In this document: positions 1 through 12,192 of the stretch, piece after piece | How positions within the stretch are numbered: position 1 is the stretch's first letter | How the letters are laid out: each line of letters begins with the position of its first letter | Source of the DNA: Klebsormidium nitens | Lineage: Eukaryota; Plantae; Klebsormidiophyceae | Assembly (NCBI GenBank): GCA_000708835.1 | Contig: DF237300.1 | Span: forward strand, 1-64,000 | Direction of reading: 5' to 3' | DNA: 64,000 bases | Position numbers and translations under genes: made by a program | Notes under the pieces: generated by a model | The model's database searches: none | What the model saw: only the letters and a program-made list of their open reading frames with translations | Told to the model about the DNA's origin: nothing

Positions 1-783
1 CGATCCGTCGCTTTCAAACCCCAGTCTAAGACTCAAGAGGCAAGTTCAGTATCGCATTGTAGATATTCGGTCTCACTCAGGTAGGGACATGGACATAAAA
101 TCCGCCGTTTTGATTGGGCCGCGTGTCAAAAAGACCACGTGGTCGATCATAGACCGGGGTCCGATCCCGGAATTGAAATTGATGCAACGTCATTTGTTCG
201 TCACTTTTTGACTTTCTAGGGGTTGGACGGTCATAATGAATCAATCTTTGTATCTAACGGCCATCCGGGGGCCACTCGATGGTCTGAGTTGGTCTTATAG
301 AACCGGTCATATCCCCTCTTGTAACTTTCTTTTTTCGTCTTTTCTTCTTATTTTATCTCTTTTCTCTCTTCTTTTCCCCTGTATCTCTTGGCTGTGAGTG
401 GGACCCCACCTGTGATAGTTCTTTGGCTAGGAGACCGTAGTAGGAATCAAGACCCCCTTCTCACGTGCCAAGCTGCATCCTGAGGAAATTCCGGGGAAAC
501 GTGCCGCAATTTGCAGATTGGATTTCCGCGCGAGTGCATTCTATAACCTAGATTTTGTGCTCGCGCGGCAATTAGCCGCCGAAACCAATTTCTTCGACTT
601 GTGCAGCATCTAAAATCCACCCAGAATTCGACCTGATATGCCATAGGAACTATGCCGGTTATATTTAAAAACGCCCGGGGAGGAAAACCGGGGTCATCGA
701 CCGAACAAAGACCTAGCATCATCAGCTTTGAAGCCCGGCCGGCGGTTTGTCCTTGGCAGAGCCTCGAACCCAGTGAACCCGTA

Positions 784-821
784 CTAGGAGGATACCGCCC
801 GAAGGGCGGTGTCCCTCCTAG
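784..821 (-). mobile_element. GC-rich hairpin ending in CTAG|T; candidate Helitron 3' terminus
   Basis: CTAGGAGG-ATACCGCCC-GAA-GGGCGGTGT-C-CCTCCTAG forms a ~17-bp stem with one bulge and one G-T pair. On the minus strand the inner hairpin is followed by CTC-CTAG then T, matching the Helitron hairpin + CTRR/T rule. No RepHel ORF is visible. Confidence 0.4.
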
Positions 822-851
822 CCCATTTTAATTGCCCTCTGGGCTACCGTA

Positions 852-871
852 NNNNNNNNNNNNNNNNNNNN
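852..871. other. assembly gap (20 N)
   Basis: Run of N. Confidence 0.99.
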
Positions 872-967
872 ATCAGTGAGTCGGTTCCGTAGTACGGTCA
901 CAAGGGGGCCGCCGGCGGCCGGCTGGCCGGCGCGCCGCTCCGCACGCGCAAAGTGCGCCGAAACTCG

Positions 968-1003
968 ATCGCCCCAATCGCCCCAATCGCCCCAATCGCC
1001 CCA
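968..1003. repeat. 9-bp tandem repeat (ATCGCCCCA)x4; G-quadruplex-forming on minus strand
   Basis: Four exact copies; the minus strand has four GGGG runs with 5-nt loops. Confidence 0.9.
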
Positions 1004-1720
1004 AAGTGCGCCAAACAAAGGCGGATGTTCTCTAAGGTTACACTCTCCGCCATTTCCGGCTTATTTCCAGAAACCCCAGGGTCGCTCGGTACTGACTTTG
1101 TCAGTAAACCGAACTAACTTACCTGATCTAGAGCATCCGCGCTCCGAACCCCAGACACCCTAACCACCAAACCAACCCTACCGTCCCCCGGGTGCCTCAA
1201 GTTGGTGATCACTTTGGTTAGTGAAAACTTCCGTTGCCAGATCGCGCGATTTGCGGCATGGTCGATTGCAATTTGAGCAATAATTGAGGGTTGCTGTAGG
1301 ATTGGGACCCTGCCGCGCCCTGAAGTCGTGGGTCATATCCGGTGGTTTCGCTGCCGCGGCCGGCACTAATGCCGGTACCTGGTAATTCTTAGTAATATGT
1401 AAAAGCTTAATAGGTATAAGTTACACTGTTGTGAATACATTTGAGAGACATTTGAGTGGTGACTTCGGGTTTAATATCTTTCTGCGCCGGCTACAACTAG
1501 CCGTCGAAGCCGGGCATCATTATTGAAGCAGACTGTAGGACTCGGAGGCAGGCCAACCCAGCCCCTCCAGAGGTTTTCAATTGCGCCTACTAAACGAATC
1601 AGAGCCTTCACAACACTACTCTTGCAAGCGCTATTACGTACTTCAGCTGCCTCCATCATAGCGCGCCAGTTTGACGCAGGAAACAGTAGGAACAAGTATT
1701 TAAGTCAGTGATTGCCTGCC

Positions 1721-4700
1721 ATGGCTTCAACAGTGGGCGACTCTGCACGTCTACGCTTGACACTGAATAACCAGCTGTTTCCAAGCCCGGAGGCGTTTGG
1801 GGTGTCCCTTGAAGCAGCCGGTTTTGATGACCATGACGGCGAGCTCGCAAAGATGCTGGCGCACTACCTCTATTCTTTCCCTGACGACATTCTACGGGAT
1901 CTGAGCGGCAAGTAAGTCCAAAGTCACTTGAAATTCCCACAGCTTGACCTTGCACTACGGGGGACAATACAAGCGACCTCTTCTGTCCCCCCTGTTCTGT
2001 GACTCTGGTAGCTGTACTACTTACTATACAATTTCACTCTTAGAAACCGGGTCATCTCAGCATGTTCTATCCTTTTTCTATGCAGCTTCTGGCTCAAACA
2101 TACTATGACGTCACCTCTCTATGCAGCTTCTTGCTAGGAAGGCCGGGTTACTTGAATATTATTGGGGCTTGCTTATAGTGTCAGACCTGGACTTGACGAT
2201 TTGGCAAGGGGTTGGCAACAACTTTTGGAAGTCTGCTGCAGTGACAAAGCTGCAAGGCAGGCTCTTACCACTTTCGATATAGGAACCTACAGTAATAGCT
2301 CTACGATTACACCTGATCAGAACTTTCGTGAAAGGTTTCCACTCTCAAAGTTGGTGCAAGTGATAGGTGTGGATCCAAGCTGGTCAAAGTACATGCATGA
2401 GCCTGCGAGTCTCTCAAAAACAGAGAGTCGTCTCCAGCAAGGTTCCAGCGGGAAGAAATCGAAACATCAGATATAGAACAACTGCTTTGACATGCAGCTG
2501 GGTAATGAGACCACAATCAAAGCCAGGGGGGTGTTTAATGTCACCACAATCTTCTCTCTTCCGTCCACTTGTGTTCAGATAATAACTGCAATGTGTTACT
2601 GCATACTGTAGCTGATATGGTAGGGGGATCCCTGAGGTAAGAGCTCACTGTGAGGCCAGTGACTGCGTTCAACACGTCCAATTGGCGAACCCGTCTGGTT
2701 GTCCCGTGCAGGCGCGACAACGCTGTTCTAGACACCTCCACAGGGAAGCTGCGAGCTGCTGATGTCGTCTTCAAGGACGCAGACACCCTCTCACTGGAGA
2801 GCCTCGTGGCTGGCCTGTACCGTGGGACCAAGAACTACTTGCGAAGCAGCAATCCCCCTGGAGAACAGGTTAGACCGGAGAAGGTCTTCAAAACGTCCAT
2901 GCTTGGCTTCGCTGAAACCTTGCTATGTTCGCCCCAACACTTTCAGAATGTGTGGCTTTGCTCCACTCCCTACCGATGATGTTTCAACAATACTTGTTTG
3001 GTGTTGAAGCACTGCCAAGAAGGGTATTTCTCCCCTTTGGGGGTAAGCTCTCCCCTCCATGGTTTTCAAAGAAGGGCGGGCAAAGCTCATATGAGAATAC
3101 TACGTTTAAGAAAAGGAAACCCAAAGATGCTCTTGAAGCCCAAGTTCAGATACAAAATTAGAGTTCAATTCTCAAAGGAGTACAGCCTTTCGCGTCACCA
3201 CGAAGTTCTTGCATGTGGAAGGCAGTCCGTGATCTGACTCCTGGTTGCTGGGTGCGGATAACCCCTTCTCGACCATTCTCTGATGACTGTAAACCAGGGA
3301 CCCAAACGTCTGAAAGCGTCTGTGTATGTAAACGAGCCCCTTGTACGGAATCCTGAAAGTGGAAGCTCTATACTAAAAGCTCCGATTGGGTCTCCCCATT
3401 CGAAGCACGGGTCATCGGCTTCAACCGTAATGCGAACCTCGTAGGCGCATGTCGTTATCCGCATTCTTGTAACATGGGCTGTGCCGAATTGAGAACCGCG
3501 TCCCACCCCATTCTATTGCGAACACCAACTTTCAATGCCGATCTGCTTCATGTCGGTGCAACTGACAACAAAGACAAAAGGTTTTGACAGGTGTCATTTG
3601 GGCACCGATCACATTCAAGTCCATCGAATTCCTTGCCTTGATACTTCGTATAGCTGTAGGCAAAGGAGCAACCCTTGATATTCCGTCGATAATTATCGAG
3701 CTGAAACAAGTACTGCACAAAAGAAGGATATCGAGACTAAGGATTTATTGGATGGAACGTCCGCGAATGTAACCAGCGTTCTCGAGTGCTGATCTTTCCC
3801 GCCGTTCCTTGCCGCAGATCTTGTGGCGCCAGACGTTCGGCGTTTCCCGCTGTCAGCAGCTCGGCCAGCGGGGCCTCCTCACGGCGGTCGACTATTTCCT
3901 TGCGCGCGCGGAGCGCGATCACGCGCTGTGCCGCGCACTCCTGGCGCATCTCGACCGTTCCTTCAGCGACTCCAGCACCCGCTACTGTGTCACCAAGGTG
4001 CGCGCGCGCGCGCGCGCCTGCCTGAACCACCTCCTGGGCAGCGCTGACGTCACCGCCCAGGTCGGTGACGTCATCGGCCAGGGCGGCGCCGCGCGGCCTG
4101 CGGACGCGGAAGATGACGTTCTCGAGGAGGTGAGCGCGGACAAAAGTCTCGGAAAGCTTTGCTCTAGCGGAAGTTAGATGACCCCGCTCGATTCGAAATT
4201 GTTTTGCCTCTACGAACATGGCACACAACAATTCCGGCTCCTTCGCATATAGACCCGTTATAAAAGTCGTTGGATGCTATGCTTTAGGCCGGAGCTCAAT
4301 CGTCATGCTGACGCGAAGCTTAGTCAAACGTCATCGGCCAGAGCGAGAGAGCAGTAGCGTAGCCTGTGGGCCTGTGGGCCACTCCTCACATCCTGATCGA
4401 GTAGACAAAGTCCTCCTTGCTCGTTTTTCACACACTTGGCACATGAGTTGATTGGAACGGCGGTCGTGCAGGCTGGCTATTACGCTTTCGACAGCCCCAC
4501 TTGGATTGAAGACTACTTTGCATCTCCGGACACGGACGTGGATGCCAGCGCGGACTACGCTTTGGACCAGCCGACCGTGCCCACTGAGGTACGAAACCTC
4601 TCCGGTACCCCCCAGCCGTGTGTCGATGCATAACGTATAGCCCTCACGGATTCCACTGCCTTACGGGCTGCACACGTCAAAATGGATTCCGAGGTCTCTG

Positions 4701-5096
4701 CTCAATTCGATAACGGTACAAGATAAGGTGTCGACATCATCCTCTTCGACTTAACACGACCTCGTGTTACTTGTTTCATGTTCTGGAGCCGTCTGAAATG
4801 AATCGTAGACAGAGAGTAGCTGAGAGGTCTCGCGGATTCTCAGCCGGTGAGATCGATTTGAGTCAAAAGGTGAACAGCAAGCATAAATCCAGGGACGCGA
4901 AGCGGGTTGAACCAGTGACACGTGTGTGCAGGTGACTGGCCCCTTGTCGCCGTTCGACGCGGGGCGCGGCCTGGTTCGCAATGGCGACGCGTATCTAAAC
5001 ATGATTGGCTCCCCCGGTCGTGCCACTTCGGTGGTAGACGGAGAAAGATCCCCTGATTCCGTCCCAGACCTCGAGATGCAATCCGCGTTTTTTTGA
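1721..5096 (+). CDS. hypothetical protein, ~313 aa, 5 exons
   Basis: Exons 1721-1911, 2712-2868, 3818-4129, 4472-4588, 4932-5096. All introns are GT-AG with matching phases (2,0,0,0). Exon 3 is strongly GC3-rich. No domain recognised, and the start and end are uncertain. Confidence 0.6.
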
Positions 5097-6705
5097 AACT
5101 CTTGGCGGCCCATTCAAGTCAACAGCGTTGGTGGAATCGCTGGCGACAAGAGGATCCTCGAAACGGCAGCGGAATTTTGAGTCAGAGTCAGAATGTAGGA
5201 GTCTCACTATAAAGTATGTCAGTGAATTATCCGGGGGTGACTGACGATATGTTGTGGGGTCGAAAACGTAGCAGCTAATTGATAGCGTTCAATTGGACTT
5301 TGCTTTCTGTACATATTCTATGCAAATATGCCTTTCAAAAGCACAGGTTCACAATCTGGTACAGGTAACGCTGATGCTTAGACGTATAAAATCCGCCACC
5401 CCAGCCTCGATCATTCTTCTTAAGGCCATTTTGTGGAAAGCCGGTGTGGAATAGAAGCATGGGATCTGCGAACCGCACGTCAACAGAGTACAATACTTTT
5501 GGTAGACGTCACCCGAAATCAAAAGCACTCGATGAACCCGGAATGAACGCATTCTTCGCCTGTTACCTCAATGTAAGACGCCAGCTCTGAAAGTCATTGT
5601 CGTTTTGAGGCCGTCTGAGACAGGCTCGTTGAGTTTGAACACTTGACGTGAATGGGACGGTCACCGTCCCTTGGATGATAGCCGATCTGCTTCATCCAAC
5701 GCCGAGTCAATGCGAGGCAGTTCCATTTGACAACTAGGCCGCGAAGTTTTCATACGAAATCCCATCCAGGAGGAGCCAGATCAAAGGAACCGGAATGGTC
5801 ATCTGACTCTATTTCGACAAGGGGTTAATTGAAGCTTGTGCTGTGATTTGCGTGTGTGTTTCAAATTTGTGATACATGGTGCGCTAGCTGCTTGGAGTGA
5901 TTGGAAAGGCGTATCCGACGCTCACAATTTCGAATCGCGAAACGACAGTGACACCGAATCTCGGTCAACAAGGACACGAGATTATTGAACAGGATATTGG
6001 TACGCGGGACGCATGCTGTACTAATAATGGGAGTGCAGACTATATAGAGCTTGATCCCAGGGGGCTCATGTTTACCTATGCATGATAGATCACCATTGTT
6101 ATGGTTTGTCAACACAGTGCCTGGAGTGATGCACGTAACGTAATTACTTAGCTCAAGTGGGCGCCCGAGATGAGTGGTTTAGAGTCACCATCAAGACGTG
6201 GGATTGTCTGATAAACCAAATGCTTGTGTTGAAAGTTTCCGATCCGCACTTAGCGAGTGTGGAAAGCGACATGAGACCGTTCTGGCCCCAATTTGTGTCC
6301 GCCACCCATCTCAGTTTGAAAAGAATACCTAAAAGTCTTCCACTGATCTTTGCGCAACAAACGTCAGCGAAGGGCTGACGTAACGTGCTTCCCAGCCCGC
6401 GCTCGACTATATCAAACCGTCCAATGCCTCTTCTACTTGTACTACACAAAAATTCTGCACAGAGCAACTTTGGTTGCCATGTCTCTTTCTACTGCCCGCT
6501 TCTCATTCAATCCTAAAGTTAAGTCCGTGATGTAAGGCCCTAAAGCGGTTGCTATGGATTCAGAAGCGATTCTGTAGTGTACATTCCGTTCTGTAACCAT
6601 CACTTCTTGCCCAAACAGCTTCGTTGTCAACTACAAATGGATCCAAACTAAGGGCAGAATCCGACTTCCGGTGAGGAATTCTTTACACGTCCTGATCCGG
6701 CCTCG

Positions 6706-9700
6706 TCAGTCCAACGCCGTTCCGAACAACGCCTTCTGATACCGCTCTTCGTCAATTTCCCCCGGTGCACCTGCCTTCTCCCTCGTCCACTTCAACTTGA
6801 AGTGCTGCTGGGCGCCCGGAGACATCCCCCGATCTCTCTGTCCCACATCACCCAATTTGGTGTGATTGTGCGCGCGCGTATTGCTTCTGGACCGTCCGAT
6901 GAAGTGGCCATTCTGGTAGATCGACGGCAGCGCCTCCTTGAGCTGCGCCTCGTACTCCTCCGGGTTGCTGGGCACGTCCGCGCGCGCGCGGCACGCGGCC
7001 GCGCTCCCCCCGAGGCGCAGGGCTTCGAGGTTTCTGGAAAGGGATCCCGGAGACGCGGGGCTTGGGAACAGGGTCTCGAGGGCTCGCGACGCAGGCGCGG
7101 GCGCGGTCGGCTCGGGGGTTTGGGACTGGGGGCTTGGCGGGGTGGAGCGCGTGAGACTGTGTTGGCCGGTTGATGAAGCACCGGCCGGGCTTGTGACGTC
7201 GATCGTTGGGACTGGCCACTTTCTTTCGACACCCGGTTGAGAGACTTCGGGAGAAGGGGCGTCGAAAATGAGAGCTCTCGCGACGGAAGTCGCCCTTGAG
7301 AAGTGCACTCGAGGGAGCGAAACGTGCTCAGGTGAATGCGTGAACTCGCTTTGTGACGTCACTTCGACGGCAACCGGGGTTGGACACTCCTGAGCGAGAA
7401 CAGTACTCCGTTCAGCGGTATCTACTCTAACGTCGCGGCAGGGGGGTGCCTGCTCTGAGCCCTCCAAGCCCATCTCGTCACCCCCCACGAACCCTCCCGG
7501 AAGAATGCTTTCTGTCTGAAACGCTTCCATCTCTGCATTCTGATCGAATCGAGACGAAGCCGCCAGACCTAGAACCGCCTCATTTTCGCCCGTCTCCCTT
7601 TGCTCAGAACTGTCACCAACTGACGGAGGAAAGCAGTCGTCGTCTGGGGCAGCAATCAGGACACTAATTGGAACACTAAGCGCTCCAACCGGGACACAAA
7701 CCGGGCTCTCCGTGACCCGTTTCTCCACTTCTACCGCCCCGTCCTCCTCTCTCCAAAACGGCGCGCTCACGACTTGCTTGTCGATGCACTCCATCCACTC
7801 GTCCTCGTTTTCGATCCCTTTCCCATCGAACCTTGTCCCCCCGGTCGGCACTGGAATCGGGTTCGACGCGGCCTTCCAGTTTGTGGGCGCGAAGTAGCCC
7901 CCGTCGTCTGTCTCCATTTCCGACCGCTCGTCCTCTTCTACCGTTCCGTTTCCGTTCTCCGCTTTGTCGCGTTCCGAACGGAGCCGCTCCAGTCGCTGCT
8001 CCTCGAGAACTGCCGCCATTGTCATCTGCTCCGATCCGCTATCCTCCGAACCGCTCTCTATTTGACTAATCTTTGCAGCCGGGGGCTGGGAGTCCCAGGC
8101 AAAAGGACCCCCCCGACCCAAAGTCGCCCGTTCTTGAAACGAAGACTGGGGGCTCCTTTTTGAAGGCTGAAGCGGCTGAGAGAACGCTCTCCTCCGATTT
8201 GGGGGGCTGGCTCTCGGGACGCCGGGGGCCAATTTCCGGGGGGGGGCGAGGAGGTGTCGCGCCACCGCGGCCGCATCCATCGGCTGAGGTTTCGCCACGT
8301 GTTCCAACAAATGGGGCCTTGCCACGTGTCCCAACGACGATTTCAAGCTGTGGGCGACTGAGAAGAGCGCGCGCCGGAGGCCGGAGCCGGAGGTGTTCCT
8401 CCGGCGGTGGGGCATCGGGGGCGGTTCCGTTGAGAAGCTCCGCTCAAAGTGGTCGGAGTTCCGCTCGAGCTGAGCGGAATTCCGGTCGGCGGCACAGGAA
8501 TCCGGGCTGGAGGGGGAGGAGCGGGAGGCCCGCGAGAGCAGGCCCAGCGGCGACCGCGTCGGTGTCAAAGAACGGAACGGCGACGAGGGGAGCGACTGGG
8601 GCCCGGGGCGCGGCGAGGTTTGACACCGCAGGTGCGTTGGCAGGGCCAGGTCGTCCGTGGCGAGCTGTCCAGTGTCAAGGCCCCCGATGTCCATGTTCGC
8701 ACCCTCGCCGCCCGTCTCTGTTTCTGGGCGGTCCGTTTGTTCATCGTCCAGCGAGAGGGGGTCGCTTTTCAGGTCGGGGGGTTGTTCATAGGGGAGGACG
8801 GAGGTGGGGGTATCTGACGAGGGGGAGCGCTCAGGCGAGCGCGCTTCTAGGGGGGTAGAGGTGCCAGAGGAGGGGCTTGAACCGGGGGGAGAGGAGCTGT
8901 CGCCTGGGGAAGGCCAGCGGTCGGGGCTGACGTTGCCTGACACGTGGCGGTCGCACGCGAGCTGGAAAAGAAGGTTTTCAAAGTATTCAGGATACGACGA
9001 AAGAGTCGGTTGTTGGGTTGCACGGTGGCTGTCAATTCTTGATTGATCATCTATTTTCGTGGTGATCGTGGGGAAGCAACGTGTGGAGTGTCCGTTAAAC
9101 AAGTACTTGGAAGGACGCAGTTTGATCAGAAACTTCAAAGCTTCCAAGCAAGCCGGGACTGATCTTGACGATCATGCGAACTGAAGTACAGGAGATTCGG
9201 ATGGTCGAAAAGATGTTTCCTAAACATCATTGTGCATCCAAGCCGGCTCGAAGTAGCTAGCTTGAAAATCACTACTGAGAGTAAGGAAGTTCCGGTAACG
9301 AAGAGCTCACGAAGTTCAATCACTCAGCAATTGTTGACTCCTACTCTTTCAACTTCGAGGCTGTTTTCTTTCTGTGTAAACAACAGTTCAAACATGGCAA
9401 CTGAGAGTTGTCAAAGATTCAAACACTCAGGACGCTTTTGATGCCGAGCATACCGGTAGATTCAAACAGGCAGGGTCGGCCTTAATTTGAGTTCGTTTTT
9501 GATATACTATACACCGACGAGGGAGATTTTATGCAGGTTTGTCCAGAAACAAGCGGATCTTTGAAAGCTTACAAACGTCAGCCATCAATGTAAGATGGAC
9601 ACGAAAAACTTTGCTGACGTTAGAGAACACCAGAGAAATCATCAGGAGAAGACTCATCCAGCCCACGTATCAATCAAAAATCTGACGGGGTCTGATGTTG

Positions 9701-10647
9701 ACTGTTGACTGAACAAGCAGCATTGAGGTCTCAAACCTGCCTTTTGATGCAATAGACTTTCCTTAGAGAAAAAAATTTCCTTAAAAGAAAGAGCTTGTGG
9801 ACACAAAATGCGTCAAGTTCACTGAGTATCATGTTGATAGCACAGACTTATTACAGGTTTGTATTGATCTGTTGAAAGTGCACGTTCAATCTTCTAGCGT
9901 TTCTTCTCTTTCTAAATCAAACTTATTTCAGGTCAGAAATCAATGTTATACTGTGCTGAATGCAAGGATGAAAGTGCGTAATTGAATGCGATGAAGAAGG
10001 AGCTCTCGCTTGAGCTATCTTTGATGAGCTCATTCTTCTGAGCCAAGCTCTCATTTCTTTAAGTAAACGACTGGAGATACTGTAGCTCCAGCTGCGCACG
10101 ACGACCCTCTCGCGAAGCCATTCAAAACAACCAACTCTCAGCAATTCACAGGGTGCACGTTGCCAGCTTTTCCCACTTCCAGTGTTACGTGATAATGGTG
10201 CTAGTCTTGGGGAACAGTACAACCATTGCAAGCCAAAAAGAGCGTACAGCTGTCCCGAAAAAGAGAATCTGCATTCATTGACATGTCTGACAGCTGTCAC
10301 AAGAAACCCACCTGCGCGTGCGCCAGCGCGTCCCGCTTGCTCTTCTTCCGGTCCGCACTCCCCTTCAGCCATGGGCTCCCTCTCTTCAGCTGCCCCTGAA
10401 TTCTATCCAGCAGGTTTCCTCGCCCGTCGTCGCCCCCCCACGACTCCCTTCCCTCCAGACGCGCCAGCTTTCCAGTTGCCTGCGCTAGTCCATGGGTACC
10501 GGTTTCTAGGTAGCGAGTCACCTCAGCTGACAGGGGGGGGAGCTTGAGCTCGTCGAAGCTTTCCAGTATGCGCAGGAGTTCGGGGTCCATTGCGGGAGCT
10601 GCGGCGAGCTCCGTTTCGGCGGGTTGCGTTGTGTCGGTAGCAATCAT
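6706..10647 (-). CDS. Ser/Pro/Glu-rich, largely disordered hypothetical protein, ~863 aa, 2 exons
   Basis: Exon 10647-10312 (MIATDTTQ...DALAHAQ, donor GTGGGT) splices in phase 0 to acceptor TTTTCCAG and a 2256-nt exon 8961-6706 (LACDRH...FGTALD*), the 3' part of the 813-aa ORF. Confidence 0.72.
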
Positions 10648-12192
10648 TTTGGGAGCTGATTCTTGCTGATTCTTCTTCTTGAACAAGAAGTTTCAAGGGG
10701 AAAGGATGGTGTGCAGCAGCTACTTAGAGGAACCTGTTGGTCCCTTGGACAAGCGCACACTCATGAGACTCACACAGCAAATCGCACTCCTGTCGTTGCA
10801 CAGCTGCGCCTACGTAGACTATGGAGGGGTTGAGAATCTCCTGCATGAGAGCATCTAGGGAGCTCTGCAAAGTCTAGCACATGAATGTCGTAAGTCCATT
10901 GGAGGTCAATCGAAAGTCGTGCCACTAGGAGAATTGAGCTTCACACCACCATCTTTAGCATTCTATGTTTTTAACATCCATAATCTAGTATCTTTTGGTG
11001 GTAAGTACTGCATTCCATTGCCTTCGGCTCATACCTCAGCTTAGTTTGAAGGAGATCAATGTTGAACCAGGAAGTAGGTTGAGAGAGGTTGCTTGTCAAA
11101 CCCACGCCAGCAACCCCTCTCGTGAGTTGAGTTCTTTGAGAGTTCAAAACGTTGAACAACAATGCCAAGGCTGTCTCGCTCCTTCTACGATACACATGTA
11201 GGTGCTTGGATTACAATGCTGTTCAAAAGTTGCATTAGCAGCTGCATAAGTGAGCGGCACGACCACAGGTGACAGAATACAGTACAGAATCTGGAAAGCT
11301 GGAGGAGGAGGAGGTTTCAAACGTACAACGCATATGAAGTTTCATCCTTTCCGCAACCAATGGAGTATCCTAGCAGGTCAGTGAGTATGTACGTTTTCGG
11401 CCTTTTGACAAAGTATATAACCGGCCTTTTGTAGGCAGCTGGGCATCAAGTGTCGGAAAGGAAAGTTCGAAAACGCGGCGACGCCCTCACTCAAAATCCC
11501 GAGGCACGTCGCCAACGAAGTTTAGGGCCCGGTGCTGCAGCGCACGACTCAACAATGACTTCCTAAGAATCTCAGATGGCTACCTATGTAGAGAATGGTA
11601 GACATTTGAGCGCACGTCAGTCGGCGTTTGCAGATCTCAGCAATTGACACTGGTAACAGTTTACGTTGGTTTGTGATGGTTGCAACGTGATTTGAAGTGT
11701 CAAAATGTCTACCATGCGGCAGAAATGACGTCAGCATCCAGACGTCTCTGGCAGTTCACATCGCCGCGGTAGGGTCGTGCCAGCTGTCAATGTCAGTTGT
11801 CCCTAGCGCTGCAAAGTGCTCAGTGTGCACTGCAGGCTTCCTTCGAATGCAAGCTGGTCAAGCTAGAAAACTCAGCTTCGCGTAGGACTAGCGATCTGAA
11901 ACGGGCTCAATATGCGGCACGGGAGCGCCTCATCCACCTACTTGCGCTTTTCTGCATTTACCGTAGTGTACTTACTTGAATTTGAAGTGAACTCTAGGTC
12001 AAGAGACACCGTCTCCTGACGCTTTCCTAATTGATGTTTTTGAAGATGCAAGCAACTGCCGCGTTTTTGTGAGGATCTGCTTTTACCTGGAGTGTTTGAT
12101 TCAACACCTGTCAGAAGTAATCGGTGGGTCATCTGTAACAGTTTACAAAAAGATATACTAGGCAGAGGTCTCGGGTCACAGAGTCGGGCAGC

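Noticed and set aside
324-388. Long polypyrimidine tract
   Set aside because: Simple low-complexity sequence with no linked exon or retroelement hallmark identifiable.
2162-3506. 60-110 aa ORFs inside introns of the unknown gene
   Set aside because: No consistent splice phases, no GC3 bias and no recognisable domain.
7774-8858. Long plus-strand ORFs (261 aa, 129 aa, 122 aa)
   Set aside because: Antisense shadows of the GC-rich 813-aa minus-strand exon; low-complexity Arg/Gly/Pro translations.
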